Origin: Oculina patagonica
Lineage: Eukaryota
Assembly (NCBI RefSeq): GCF_052425735.1
Contig: NC_135767.1
Span: 16,244,001 to 16,308,000 of the forward strand
Direction of reading: 5' to 3'
Length of the DNA: 64,000 nt
Each line of letters starts with the position of its first letter. Positions within the stretch are counted from its first letter, which is position 1. A program made the translations under genes and the position numbers. This document shows, piece by piece, positions 1 to 14,400 of this stretch. The notes below the pieces were generated by a model. That model ran no database searches. It saw only the letters and a program-made list of their open reading frames with translations, and was not told where the DNA came from.

Positions 1-59
1 GGAGATATGTAATTATGGTAATTATATTCCAAGATTCAATATTGGTTACTATATTGGTT

Positions 60-374
60 CTATATTGATTCTATAACTGGTTACCCGTGAAGCAACAACT
101 TGAATGGCATACTCTGAAGATCACGCACAAAGCATTACACGACCCAAATTGGCCTAAGTACCTGGACGTGAAAAGGTTTAAACATGAAAGAAAACTGCGA
201 TCAAATGCAGGAATATCGCTAGAAATACCGCTGACATCAAACACTTTCCAAGACCAAGTAGCGTCAACCTTTAATAAATTGCCCATCACCTTACGGAATT
301 GCAAAGAACACAAACAATTTTCAAAGGGCACTTTTAAATATTTATTAAGTCAAGTTAAAAGAGAAATAATGTAG
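60..374 (+). mobile_element. 3' fragment of non-LTR retrotransposon ORF2 (CR1/L2-like C-terminus)
   Basis: WLPVKQQLEWHTLKITHKALHDPNWPKYL...LRS...TF...FNKLP..LRN pattern typical of post-RT LINE C-termini. Confidence 0.6.
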
Positions 375-592
375 ATTAATGGTAAGAATATTGCGTTTTT
401 AAAAAGGATACGATTGTTTATGCCGAATATTATTGTAATTCCTCCGAGTTGCAAAAATATTCAAATTTGAATGGAAAATAGCTCATAGACTTCCTACAAT
501 CTATATGATGTATAACGCTAAGGGTAGTAGAAAGTTTAGAATTATTGATTGACGACTTAAAACATTTATCGATTTATTTCTCTTTATGAAAG

Positions 593-754
593 CTCTCTGC
601 AAATCTGGTTCATATTCTCCTACCGGAATGGAGCCCTGTATTCCTTGTGACAAGGGTTATTATCAAGACTCGAGGGGGCAGCTCTCATGCTTACAATGCG
701 GTCCCAACCAAACAACGCCTGCTGAGGGATCCAATAGCTCTTTGAAATGCGGAG
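593..754 (+). CDS. Gene A exon 1 in window: ephrin-receptor-like (GCC2/GCC3) Cys repeat
   Basis: ag|CTCTCTGC...GGAG|gtattt; [26 protein letters not shown]...; 47/54 aa identical to 47060-47221. Confidence 0.9.
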
Positions 755-3700
755 GTATTTAAGAACATTCCACATATGCTATATCAGATCAAATGGTACA
801 AAATCCGCTATACTGGATAGAAGGCTATGCATCGAGGCAGCCAAAACAAAGAAAGCCACTTTTCACTTACTGAAGCCGCTTTGTTTCAGAGGCTGCAGCA
901 TTCTTTTGCCATCCAGAATGGAAGATTCTGTACCAAGTGCCCCTCGGTTGCATTACTATTGATTTTAAAACAGTGTAATGGTTCGTTAATTCTGAATAAT
1001 ATGTGCGGATATTGCCTTGTCAAGTCACCTACATTGCCTTGTCTAATTTGGCACAAAAAGTGTCTTATAACGGAAACTGGAAAAGCTGACAAATATGTTG
1101 GTGGTGGCCTGTAATGGACTGTTATCCAATGAATCCAAAAAATCCAACGTTCCTGTCTCTTCACGATTGAGCACCAGCGTAGTAACCAATGGGCAGCTGT
1201 TGTTATGATTGGTCGAGTCATACGGTTGCTAACTCACGCAAATAACGTACTGTTTTTATCCAGCTCCTTTTTTAATCACCGCGTAAGTTTCCTTAATTAT
1301 AAATGTCAATGCAGTATCTGCATGTATATCCGTTTGTATAAAGTACTACATGTATGGGTTTTAAAATATTGTTTTCGCACACAACTGGAGACCATTCCAA
1401 GCCAAACAGCGCAACAAAACTTCATCTGGATAACATACATCATAAACGCTCTTTAATGAATTATTTCCCACAGTTCCATGCGCCCCTGGATCGTTCTCTC
1501 CAACCGGGCTGGCTCCATGTACTTTGTGCGACCGACGCTCCTTTCAACCCCGTAATGAAAGTCGCGTGTGTTTTTCCTGCCCGGGAACAACCATAACACT
1601 GAAGCCTGGGTCAAATAACTCTCAGGATTGCATAGGTTAGTGGTCTCAATTAACATTTAAGGGACTAAGCCACAGGAGGCGCATGCGCGCGACAGAGTTA
1701 AATAGTTTGAAAGACCTTCGAAGCGTTGGGAGAACTGTTTCAAATATTATCGAAATATCATCATTTCAAATAATCTTCTGTTTGCATCAAGTTATATCTC
1801 AGCGATCGAGTTATATCTCAGTGATCGTTGAGAAGTTTATATGCATATTTAGTTTATAATATAATATTATTATTCATCGTTCGCAGAACCTTTTTCCGAA
1901 GTTGTTTTAGGCTTTTGTCTTTAAGAGTAATTTTTTGTGCTCAACTAATCTACGAAACTCAATGTTTGGCAAAGGAATCACCATGTGATTTGACTTCATT
2001 TCATCTTGTGTTCATCGTGGGTCGCTGACAAGGTTAATTTTGGCGGAGAGGCCAGCCGTTTGCAAAAAGTGTTTCAATCAATCATTAAAAAACTCATTAA
2101 TAATTCATAAAGAAAATACAAAAGAAATTAATGTTTAATGAGTGTCTTTATATCTGATAAAGACACGGCTAAACTTTACGTCCAATTTTCTAGGCCAAAA
2201 TAACCCAAAATCTAAATATTAGTGCAAAAATGAGTTGATCTACATCAGAAGATTTTTAAGTGGCAGTTTCTCTTAAAGCGGTCCATCGCATTTCGGGTCG
2301 GAAACAAGTTTTCCCTCAAACTTTGCCCAGTGAACTATCTTAGGTTGTAAGTAAATTCAACGACTTTAGTTTTTGGAAATACGTTAAAATATATTTTTTA
2401 GAGCTTTCAACAGTGAAGGCTGCAAAAGGCCTAATTTTGAGCTTGACCAGAACGAGAGTTGACGAGCTCGCCGTTCAAAAACAACCAAACGCACCAAATT
2501 ATTATTATTATTCCTAAGTTAAGTGGTCCTTCAAAGGTTGGAAACGCATGTTAATTTTGATATATTTTGATTTACGGGTCCGTGAAAATTTAAATATCAG
2601 CAACCGTAAGATCGCTTTTTGTAAACATGCAAAAGTATGGTGTCTTCGCCGGCCTTTATTTCACGAGTCCAGACCAGACCATTCTAAATTCCAACTGAAT
2701 CCTACTAAACAGATGTTAGAAAGCATAGAAATATAAAAATACCTTGCACTTTTTATCTTCCTTTGCCACAGCGACTTCGAACATTTCGCGCTTATGCGAG
2801 TCAGTAAGCTCATTTGCATAATGTGTATGAAATACTCGCATAAGCACGAAATGTTCGAAGCCGCTGTGGCAAAAGAAGATAAAAAGTGCAAGGTATTTTT
2901 ATATTTCTATGCTTCCTAACATCTGTATAGTAGGATTTAGTTGGAATTTAGAATGGTCTGGTCTGGACTCGTGAAATAAAGGCCGGCGAAGACACCATAC
3001 TTTTGCATGTTTACAAAAAGCGATCTAACGGTTGATGATAGATTAATTTTCACGGACCCGTAAATTAAAATGTATCAAAATTAACATGCGTTTCCAACCT
3101 TTGAAGGAACACTTAACTTAGAAAAAATAATAATAATTTGGTGCGTTTGGTTGTTTTTGAACGGCGAGCTCGTCAACTTATAAAATTTCTCGTTCTGGCC
3201 AAGCTCAAAATTAGGCCTTTTGCAGCCTTCACTGTTAAGAGCTCTAAAAAATATATTTTAACGTATTTCCAAAAACTAAAGTCGTTGCATTTACTTACAA
3301 CCTAAGATAGTTCACTGGGCAAAGTTTGAGGGAAAACTTTTTTCCGAACCCGAAATGCGATGGACCGCTTTAAGAGAAACTGCCACTTAAGCCGTTCAAT
3401 AAATTCGCAGTACGTGTTTTATCAAGTCTAAAACAATCGGCTGCGCCTCGTGTTTTAAACTTGATAAAACACTGCTGCTCATTTACATTGCATCAATCAA
3501 TTTATTAATGTCATGCGCGGGATGAGGTTGCCCTCTATATCCGAGCCAGAGGCTCATGTTAAAAGCGCATGACAATAATTAAAATACATTATAAAAACAA
3601 TAGAAACTAGTATAAGTAAAAAATAATAAAAATAATTTAACATTTTAAAATAGCTAGATCAAAATATCTTATGAGTAAAAAAAAAATTGAAATGTAAAAA

Positions 3701-5410
3701 TGCTTTAACCCACCCACACTAAATGTTACACCCAGGATTGAAAACTTGAAAAATGATAATTATACTAAAAATATGTCGCTAAAATCTATGAAATACAATA
3801 GTTACATTTGCAACTAGCCTTAAAATTAAAAAAGTCAAATGTTTCCAAATGTTTTCGAAAGTCTCTCAAGTTACTAGATTGTCTAACATGAGAAGGCAGC
3901 TGGTTCTATAAGTGAGTTAATTTGTAGGTGAATGGGTTGTGGTAGAAGCGATTGTTGTAGGGTGGTTGAACAAGATTTAAGCCACTGTTCCGTAGGTTGT
4001 AATGAGAATTGCGTTGTTGAAATAAGTCGAAGATGTAACTCGGTCCATTATTTTAATACATTTAAAAAGCAAGGTGACTGACTGATCGTACCTTCTATGT
4101 TCGAGTGATTACATGTTCGCTATAGACAAAATGGAATTATATTCTAAGCTATTTCCAGCATTCAGAAGGGTTTTCAAAGAATAATGGTTAGCAGATTCAA
4201 GTTTATTGATTAACGTTTTGTTAAATCCCAATAAAAGTGGGCTGCAGTATTCCATGTGAGGTAGGATGTAAGTTTTATACAGCAACGAATTTGGTAGGAG
4301 ATTTTATTATATGACTAGCTCCGTGAGCGGTCAAGATGAAACGAATCCTGTGCTCTGATTGGCTACCCGAGCGGTCAAGATGGAGCCATCTTGACCGCTC
4401 GGGATCGCCCGCTGTGTTCCCGCAAGCGAAAAAACTTTTCAGTTCCGTCGACGCTACTACAAAAAGCTTTTCCGTCGTAAACTTGAGCTATGAAACCATT
4501 CACCGAAACAAAACAAATATTTTCTGCCTGTTTCTAGCGAAAGAGAGTCCAATTACAAAGAAATAGGTCTTGAAGCGAACGAGAACAAACTAATTAAACA
4601 GCAAATGTTAACGAGTTTCGTGAATTTTATTTCCCACAACAACCAGCTCAGCTATTAGCTTAAATAAATACAAAAATTAAAACGCAAAGCGACTTGAAGA
4701 CATGATATCGGTTTTGTTCGGCGGAAAAGAGAGAGAAGTCAGTGACATACCTGAAGAATAAACAATTCGGCAAACTTGTCATTTGTGTAAATCTTGATTG
4801 AAATCTTGATGGAGAAAGCGGTCGGCACGGCGAACCATTCAGGCACTGTAAGCTTATAAAACATCTTCTCACCGAAGCCTCTAACGCTCAAGTCGAATAA
4901 GGTCGTGTCGTACATTTAAATAAATGATGTAGGAAAGTTCAAGCTCTTCCCGTGAATTTATAAGTCCCAAACGCTTTCAACAATCACAATTTCAATATTC
5001 AGCTCGTGTAACCGTGTCGGCAGGTTTGCACCACTGAAGCGCCAGAAGCGAGCAAATACTCTCACTGCAAAACGTCCAATAATCAAAAGCTGGCGGCCAG
5101 ATAGAATGGACATTCTTGTTTCAAGGCTTCAAACTCAACGTCGATTTGCAATTTTAGTATCCTTTTGAGGGTTAAAAAGAGGTAAATTTCGCTGTTGTCG
5201 TGTCGTTTTACTTCGTCTCGATTCATTCAAGAATTTGACAGTCAGTCATTAAACTTTTAAACCAATGAAATGATTTTAGCGTGCGCCATTGAATGTGCAT
5301 GCAACTGGCTTCCTTTTCAGTACTCGAAAAAAGTCATATAATAAATCCTTTATTGACCAAGCTTGTTCCGTCAAGATGGCAGGATATTGGCCTCGTTCTT
5401 TTTTTGCGTG

Positions 5411-5443
<33 letters not shown>

Positions 5444-8400
5444 CACGCAAAAAAAAGAACTTGGCCAATATCCTGCCATCTTGACCTTACGCTTGGCCAA
5501 TAACCCATATATATTTGACATTTCTGTGTTTGTTTTCAAGTGCATATATTTTATTGGCTTTGCTGTTCGAAATACATCCGCTCTCATTCTAATATTGCAG
5601 AGTTTAATTTATTTTCGCTTGTTCTTCATAGCCTATTTGGAACAGAGTTCAATACCAAATATATTTTTTTTGTTTTAACTTGTACCGCAGCGACTCACGA
5701 CATGTACAATCAAACTATTTCTAGAAAAAAAGGCGGTCATAACAGATCATGATTATAAGCCGTTTCAGTCGCATTCGGCATGTAAACATGAGATAAGCGA
5801 TACATGAGTTTAATCTTTAGCGTTTGGAACCGCTTTTTCTCTTTCTAGAGTGGTATAACTGTATAATTAAAATTTGATTTATTCTATTTGTGTATGTTGC
5901 CTGTGTTCGCTGAAAATGACACGTTTACGGTTTATCGACGACGAAGAAAAAGAGGAATTGAACCCTAACCGTGACGGACCTCCTTTGAGGGTCCTGAAAA
6001 ATGGTATTTAGACTCGATGTGCCAATGTTCAAAAAGTTTGATCACTTAAAATATCATGCAATCTTTAAAATAATTGAACGATACCCGTGCAGCGCTGTAA
6101 CCAACTGAGCTATCAAGCCAACTGAAAGCTGGTCACTTGTGAGTTCGTAATATACCCGTCGATGGAGAAGATATGAAATGAATATATGAAATTCATATAT
6201 TTGTACTGCGGATATACATTTTAAGCAACTGAAAGATCATCGCAGTAATGTACTCAACTTAAGCAATTGAGAAAAGCAGGCTTGAACTGGAATCGAACCC
6301 ATGACCTCTGCGATTACCAACTGAACTATCAAGCCAACTGGGAACTGGTCACTTGTGAGTTCGTAATATACCCGTGGATGGAGAAGATCATCGCGGTAAT
6401 GTAGTGTACATTACTGCGATGATCTCTCATTTGCCTAAAATGTATATCCGCAGTACAAATATATGAATTTCATATATTCATTTCAATAACAATAACAATT
6501 CCAAAAAAATACTTTTGTAGACAATGCTGTAAAAAGATTTTAATTAGACTTCGTTTTTCTTCTTTCTCGCAAGTGGAGATCAATACTATTTATTTCTACA
6601 TGTTACAAATGCTGCTTATTTTTTCAGAGATTGATGAGTGTGACTCAAACCCTTGTATCAACAACTCGACGTGTACAGACCTTATTGGCGATTTCTTGTG
6701 CTCCTGCCAACCGGGTTACACTGGGAAACAATGCGACGTCGATATTGATGATTGCAAAGACCAACCTTGTTTTAACAATGGCACATGTCATGACCTTGTC
6801 AACAACTACACCTGTACATGCGCACATGGCTACAGAGGATTCAACTGCGAAGAGGATATTGATGAGTGCCTTTCATCACCGTGTTCTAACAACGCCTCAT
6901 GTGAAAATATCCCTGGAGGTTATCTATGCCAGTGTGAACCGGGTTATACGGGAAGGCTATGTGATATGGACATTAATGAATGCCTTGTATCTCCCTGTCA
7001 GAATGGAGCCACTTGCAGAGACAAGGTAAATAACTATGAGTGCGTCTGTGTAGCGGGTTTCCAAGGAAATGACTGCGAAGAAAATATCGATGATTGCGCG
7101 AGTGACCCTTGCAAAAATGGCGCCCAATGCCTGGACAGAATTGACAGTTATGACTGCGTCTGCCCTGCAGGTTTTAACGGAACCAACTGTGAGCACAATA
7201 TCGACGAATGTGCTGTCGCAGACTGCAAGAACAACGCTACCTGTCTAGATCAGGTCAACGGGTTTTACTGCATCTGCGAGAAAGGATTCACCGGGATAGC
7301 ATGTGAGGTTGAAATTGACGAGTGTTTCTCCAATCCCTGCAAGAACCAAGCCAGTTGCGTGGATATGCTTAATGGTTATCGGTGTGACTGCCGCGATGGG
7401 TTTGATGGTCTGCATTGTGAAAACAACATCGATGACTGCGCTTCGAGCCCTTGCTCAAACAACGGGTCGTGTCACGATGGTGTGAACAACTTTACCTGCG
7501 TGTGCCCGCAAGGTTTCACTGGTAAAATCTGCGATGTGGACATCGACTACTGCGCTTCGTCGCCTTGCTTCAACAACGGATCTTGTATTGACGGCGTAAC
7601 TTCCTTCACTTGCCAGTGTGTAGATGGTTTTGACGGAGATCAGTGCCAGATCAATGTCGACGATTGCAAAAATGCTACCTGCTTAAACAATGGCACTTGT
7701 GTTGATGGCATAGACGAATATGAATGCGCATGTGCTTACGGCTTTGCTGGTATTAGCTGTGAAGTAAATATCGATGACTGTGGGCTGAATCCATGCGTGC
7801 ACGATGGATCTTGTGTTGATCTGATAAATGACTACCATTGTAACTGTAAAAAGGGATACACAGGAAAAAATTGTAGCATTGACATTGATGAATGTGCCAG
7901 CTCTCCTTGTCGCAATAATGCTACTTGCATTGACAAAGTTGATAACTACACTTGTGCCTGTATCGATGGATTCAACGGACGACACTGTGAAGTTGATATT
8001 GACGACTGCGTAGTGAACTCATGTGGTAATGGATCCACATGCAGGGACGGTATAAACAGTTACAGCTGCGACTGCGCCCCCGGATTTTTGGGCGACGACT
8101 GTACAGTGGAAATTGATGAGTGCGCGTCATTCCCTTGTCTCTATGGCGGGACATGTCATGATCAGGTAATGTGACAATGATAAACAGCAAGTTACTGTGC
8201 TATATACGCAAAGCTAACAATAGCATAAAATGTATATATTTAGACAGCTTAGAACGATTTTTTGATGTCGTTTTTCTCAGCTGAGTAACTTAAGGCATTG
8301 CCATAAGCCCACAGCACATTTTAGGTATTGACACTTTGAGTGTTAATGTAAAAAAGCCAAATTTCCTGTCTTCCAAATGTTTAGTCATGGTACCGTTTAT

Positions 8401-11400
8401 TTTCGGTAGGTTCTTTCCAGAGCAAATATGAAAACACATGGTTAACCATTATTCTCATAGTCCTTGCATTGGTAGCTTTTTAACGGGCTCGCAAACTTTG
8501 GTCATCAAATAATAACAGGATGTAAACATAAATAGAAAAGTGAGGGGCGGCCTGTTTATAGTTTTTACAGCATTGTTACAAAAGTATTTGCCCGTTAAAT
8601 TGAACAAATACTCAAAATTAAGTATATTTTGTAATTCACACAATGTGAAACGAAATGTACCAAGAGCGGCTAAAAACGTCAAAGATTAGACAAAATTGAT
8701 TTTTTTTTTGTAACGGCATAAGCTTACTCGAAAAACTCCAGGAGGGAGTTCTCTTCAAATATTGATTTCTTTGTTTCCAGCCGTAAAGTTTTTGAAAGTT
8801 CCCTTTGCCTTTCACTTCACTTGGCCTGAAATGTAGTTCTGTTTAGCCACGATCCTAAGCAATAATGCATTTTGAGTTATGCAAAAAATACTTTAGAACT
8901 TTTTTTCTAGGCTGATAAATAATATTAAATTCATCGGCAAGATTTTCATTTGATAAGTTTAAGCACAATCAGGACAATGAAAAAAGCGAAACGTAGTGTT
9001 ATAGTGTCTTATTAGAGGCATGTCGTATAATGCTGTTGGCATGTCGTATGATCCTGTGGTTTCGGGTATGTAGGGTGGTAGGAATGTCCTGTTTACAAAT
9101 CATTCTAACCCAGTTATGTTTTACACTGCAGATCAATGCCTTCACCTGTGTCTGCCAGACGGGATTCACTGGTCCGCAGTGCGAAATAAACATTGATGAC
9201 TGCCAATCCAGCCCGTGTACAAACAATGGCACGTGCTCAGATTTGGTGGCAAATTACACTTGTTCTTGCCCAGAAGGTTTCAACGGCTATCACTGTGAAA
9301 ACCGCATCGACTTCTGTAAAGCAGCTAACTGCAGCCAAAATGGCATCTGCGTCAACTCTCGAACTGATTTCTACTGCAGCTGCAGCAGTGGATATTTTGG
9401 GAAATACTGCGAGTACGAAATAGACGAGTGTTTAGCAGGTCCTTGTGCCAACAATGCAACCTGTCTTGATGCCGTCAATAGTTTCACCTGTTCTTGTACC
9501 GATGGGTATACAGGGAGGCTCTGTGAGCTTAACATAGACGACTGTGTTGATAATTACTGCGAAAATAATGCTATTTGTGTTGACCATACTCTTGGATATT
9601 CCTGTCTGTGTCCCGCAGGTTACAATGGAACTTATTGCCAAACGGAGATCGACGAATGCGAATCAAACCCGTGCACTAACAATGGAACCTGTGTCGATCA
9701 GACACCTGGGTACAAGTGCATTTGTCTAGATCAGTTTACTGGTGAGAACTGCAAGAACCTCACTAACCTCTGCCTTTCAGCACCTTGCCAAAATGGTGGT
9801 ACATGTAAATCTGATAACTCTTCAGAAAACTTCAGTTGTAAATGTAAAGCCGGTTTTACAGGAGAAACTTGTGAAGAGAACATCGATGACTGTGCTTCAA
9901 ACCCGTGTATGCTAAACTCTTATTGCCTGGATCTCGTGAACAGCTACAAATGTGAATGCTACCCTTCTTACTCTGGAGACAACTGTGAAATCTGTAAGTA
10001 ATTTGATAGTTGTGAAACAAGGGGATACGATAAGAGATACCATGGACGTGATATGTTATATACACGAAGCTGTATAAAAAGTCCCACTTGCTCTAGCTTC
10101 GGGTAATTTCAATCGTTACGTTTTTTACTGAAAGAAATGCGGCGACTATGGGGTTCTCGTTCCCGCAATGATAATTCCATTTCTTCTGTAGAACTGTTTA
10201 AACGATACTGTTAATAGAGCAAAAGAGATGCCAATCCCTATAGCAAATTCGGCCCCCCTGGGTTACCGGGTAACGGTGCGTGGAACAGAATGGGCAATTT
10301 TATTTTGAAAACAGAATGCATTTTAGACTGGCCAATCAAGGTTTGTACACAGCAGGCAAATTGCTTTGTTTGTGCAAGCGTCACATACCTGATACTATAC
10401 AGGAAGGCACTGATTAGTATAAGAGAATTCCTTCTTTAATATGAAGGAATATTTATAACCGGAATCCCTTCATAAGCGGTGAGGGTAAAAGCCAGCAAAA
10501 ACGTCTAAATGGTTAAGAACGAAAGGCCCTGTTAAAATATTATGCTGATGAAGATGTAGCACACGAAAAAGTATATGCTATATTTTTTTTTTCTGTTGCA
10601 GTTCTTGGCAACAATTTTGATCTGATTTTTAAACGCAAGAGCGCAGACGACATGGTTTTACTGTCAGATGGCAAAAGTCTTCCAAACATGGAATTTTTCA
10701 CAATCGCCCTTTACGTTCAAGCAGACTCCAGGTACAAAACAGGAACACTGTTTAGCTACAGTGTTCCTGGGCAACGAGAACACATCATTATACTGTCCTT
10801 TACCGAGTCTCAAGTTCATCTGGCGATTAAAGATGAAATAGTCACAGCTGATTTTAAGTTAGCAGACGATCACTGGCATTTCCTGGGAGTAGTGTGGAAC
10901 GGAATTGCTGGAAATGTTTCCATATATGTTGATAAAGAAGAAATAAATAAAGCGGAAAAAGTGAACACCGGGGATATTATTGTCGGAGGTGGGTGGATCG
11001 CACTTGGACAGCGGTATCTTGCAGAGGAAAAGATACCAGATCTTTCGACAGCTTTTGTCGGCACCTTGCATCAAGTCGGATTTTGGAATGTTCCAGCAGA
11101 TCCTGAACTCATGTGGAATGCAGCCCATAGTTGCAGTTGGCCTGTTGCCGGAAGTTTACGAGCATGGAACAGCTTTCTACAAGGAATTAAAGGACAAGTA
11201 GAAAAGAGGTTTAAGACGCAATGCAAAGGTATATGGCAATTTCAACAATAACAGTTCTTGTTCATTTCTTTAGTTTTCAAGATTACTCATTCGCTTTGGC
11301 GTGAAAATACAGTGTTAATTTATAATTTTACATGTATAAGTACATAATTGTTATGGCAACGTTTCCTGTATCCTTGTATCAAGATGACGTCCATGTTTAA

Positions 11401-14400
11401 AGATGTTCTTTTTCTTAGGTCTTAACTTTCTATTGTGTTTTTTCTTGAGTTTCATCTAGAGTAGTTAATGGATCTTTCAGCGACAACTTATAAATTATTC
11501 TAAAACGACATTAGTTTATAGAGCTGGTGCTTGTTAATAAAAGAAGGAAAATACCAATAAAAATTATGACAACGAAAGTAAAATTGAATATTCAGTTTGG
11601 AAATTACATTATAGCTTTGCAAGGCATGAGAGGGTTAAATGATAAGTAAAAAAACGACGTGACTCACTTTTTTGCTTTGCAGCTTTTGACATGTGCACAA
11701 CAAACTGCTCGCACGTCCGCCAATGCGAATCTCGTCAGGGAACTACCTCCTGTACTTGTCAAGCTGGATTCTCAGGTTCGTTCTGTGAAATCAATATAGA
11801 TGACTGCCGCTCAAATCCTTGTGTTAACGGAAAGTGCGAGGATGGCGTCGACCGTTATGACTGCGTCTGTGACAAGGGTTATTGGGGGACTAACTGCGAA
11901 AAGAAGATCATCAAAGAAGCAGGTATGGTGTTTATGTGCCCACTTGGATGACCTCTCGTTTTTGATTCCATGGCTTCCTTCGGTGCCCTTTGCCTTCTTG
12001 AAATTGTGTCCGTCGATCGTGAGGTGGTTTTGAAGTATCGTAATGCAATTTCGGATGCTAAGTTTTCTACGCGACAATAAAGAAAAACAATCGCGCAAAG
12101 CAGTTTGGTTGGCAAACCTCTTTAGGTCGGTGGTGTGCATGAGTACATGTTTCCATCACGAATAAATCTCTGTCGAATTGCTAAAATGACGTTCTTTTCA
12201 CTAGTCTTCTGAGTCAAGGATGAAACGTTGGTAAATATACTTTTTTTTTAATAGTTTATTTAATCTCTTTTGCAGTTAAAAGAAACTGAATTATCGAGTG
12301 TATATATTACGAGTTATAATAATAATAATATAATAATAGTTTATTTAATCTCTTTTGGCCTTATCATATATCTTGCTTAAATAACCAACTGCACGATTAT
12401 TAAAAACAGCACTTACAGTGTTCTCTCCACTCAACAGTGTGTCCGACATTGAAAGAGCCCAAGAATGGAAAAAAATCTTGCCAAAAGGTTGCTGGGAAAA
12501 ATCTATGTGTCCTGACCTGCGATAAAGGTCACTCTTTCGAAGCTGAGGCAATAACAACATATGGCTGTGGACCTGACACAGATTGGAAATGGAATAGCCA
12601 GACAGATCTAAACGTACCCGTGTGCTTAAGTGAGTAAGATAGCATAATGGAATCCATTTGTTTATGCTCGGTTCTCTTGGCAGCCAGAGACGTTTCTGTC
12701 ACGATTCCAAATCCCGGTCAGGCCAAAAACGTCCGGCATGTGGCGAACGAAACACGCATGGGGGAAAATTGAACCTTAGGCAACCAGCTGTAAATGTTTG
12801 TTTAACTCAGTTGACGCTTAAAATTCGGAATGTTCAGTGTATCTGTTGTTGGCGTTCAATGCAGTGTTTATTGGTCGAGATACTTTTCGACAAAAAAAAA
12901 AACAAAAACTTATGTTGATACATATAAAAAATGAGCTGCCTTAAGTGGTAAGGTTATCACTGATTATAGCTGGGAGACCTACAATTTTCAGATTAAAACC
13001 TTACAAGGTTTATCACTTCAAATCTTTTTTACAGGGTTTAAGTCAAAAAGCGTCAATAAAAACCGCTATCAAAGCTAGTCACTTAAAAAAACCCATCTGA
13101 TTTGCCTTGGGGATCGATGGATGAAGCTTCTTGTTCAAAAAATGGAAAGAAAATTGTCATTATCGTACTTTGAAATCATATCATATATAATCTTATGTTG
13201 TCAGCACAGCTGTTATCCTTTAATGTCTGAGAACTGTCTAATATCCGTGATAACACCAACAACATTTTTTTTTATCAGAGCCTGAGAAGGTTCACAAGAA
13301 CCATGTAAACTATTGGAAAAATCTCACGTGTAGCTATTTTGTAAAATCGTCTTTAAAGCGATTCAGTGGAATTCATGATCAGTGGAAGTTTGTTTTTGAT
13401 GTTTAGTGTTGTTAGAAATGATTTCTTTTGATAAGATATTTGAAACAGTAGCACAGAATTTCACAATAAGAAGTTGATAATTTTGGTACATAATTTTGTC
13501 CAATTAATTCTCAAAACCCTGGCGGATTCCCTCTTTATAAGTAAGAGGACTGCATGTCTGTCCATTTGGGAATACAGTGGATTCCGATAAAACGATCCTC
13601 TATATAACGATATTCCCGATATAACCATCAATATTCTATGTCCCGGCAAAAGTTACAATAAAATGTATGGGACAGAACCCTGATATAACGATCTTCGATA
13701 TAACGATATTCCCGATAAAACGATGAGATTGTAGCGAACCGAGCGTAAAATCTATAACGATATTATCAGTACACAGTCACAATTTAAGCAAAACACTCAA
13801 TTTAATACAATAACAGAACAGTAAACGGGTTATCTCTAACGTTTCTGACGCTCGTTGATACGTATCAGAAAACTCACTCGTTCGCTACGCTCACTCGTTC
13901 GTTTTATGACACTACTCAACTCGTGAATAAAAATCGTACGCGCGCATTTTCCATGAAGTAATCTTTATTTATATACAGTATCATTTCGTATATCATCGTA
14001 GATAGCTGTCGTGAATAAAAATCGTACAAAGCATTTTCCATGCTGTAATATGTTTATTTCATAGGTACTGAGATTTTCTTTTCCGTGCTACTGAGTAGAC
14101 AAATTTATTTGCAAAAATTAAATGACACTGTAAAACCATTCAAGTGCTCAACAACTGAGTAAATCAAAGATCTACAGCATTCAAAATTTTTAAGTTAAGT
14201 CAAATGTCTGTTAATAAAGGAAGCCATGCCAATAACAAAGTTAAATCAAGAAGATAAATCACAATTTATTTCAGTCAATTTATTTTCCGTCGGTCGCAAA
14301 CATTTTCAGCGGTACGGTTCTGACATCGCTGCAGTCTGATCCCGTTCTAGTTTTTGTTTGTCTTTCATTGAACTCCAAGTACTCGACTCCGCTTGCCGTT

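Noticed and set aside
827-1114. Cys-containing ORF as an extra exon of gene A
   Set aside because: The paralogous intron aligns only patchily with indels and the frame is not kept; exon phases join without it.
6095-6335. Functional tRNA gene
   Set aside because: One copy lacks the anticodon arm and the other lacks the T arm; both are embedded in a tandem repeat.
6573-10001. Notch, Delta/Jagged or fibropellin call for the EGF arrays
   Set aside because: No LNR, ankyrin, DSL, CUB or avidin domains in the window; flanking exons encode GCC2, pentraxin, sushi and HYR domains. No gene symbol assigned.
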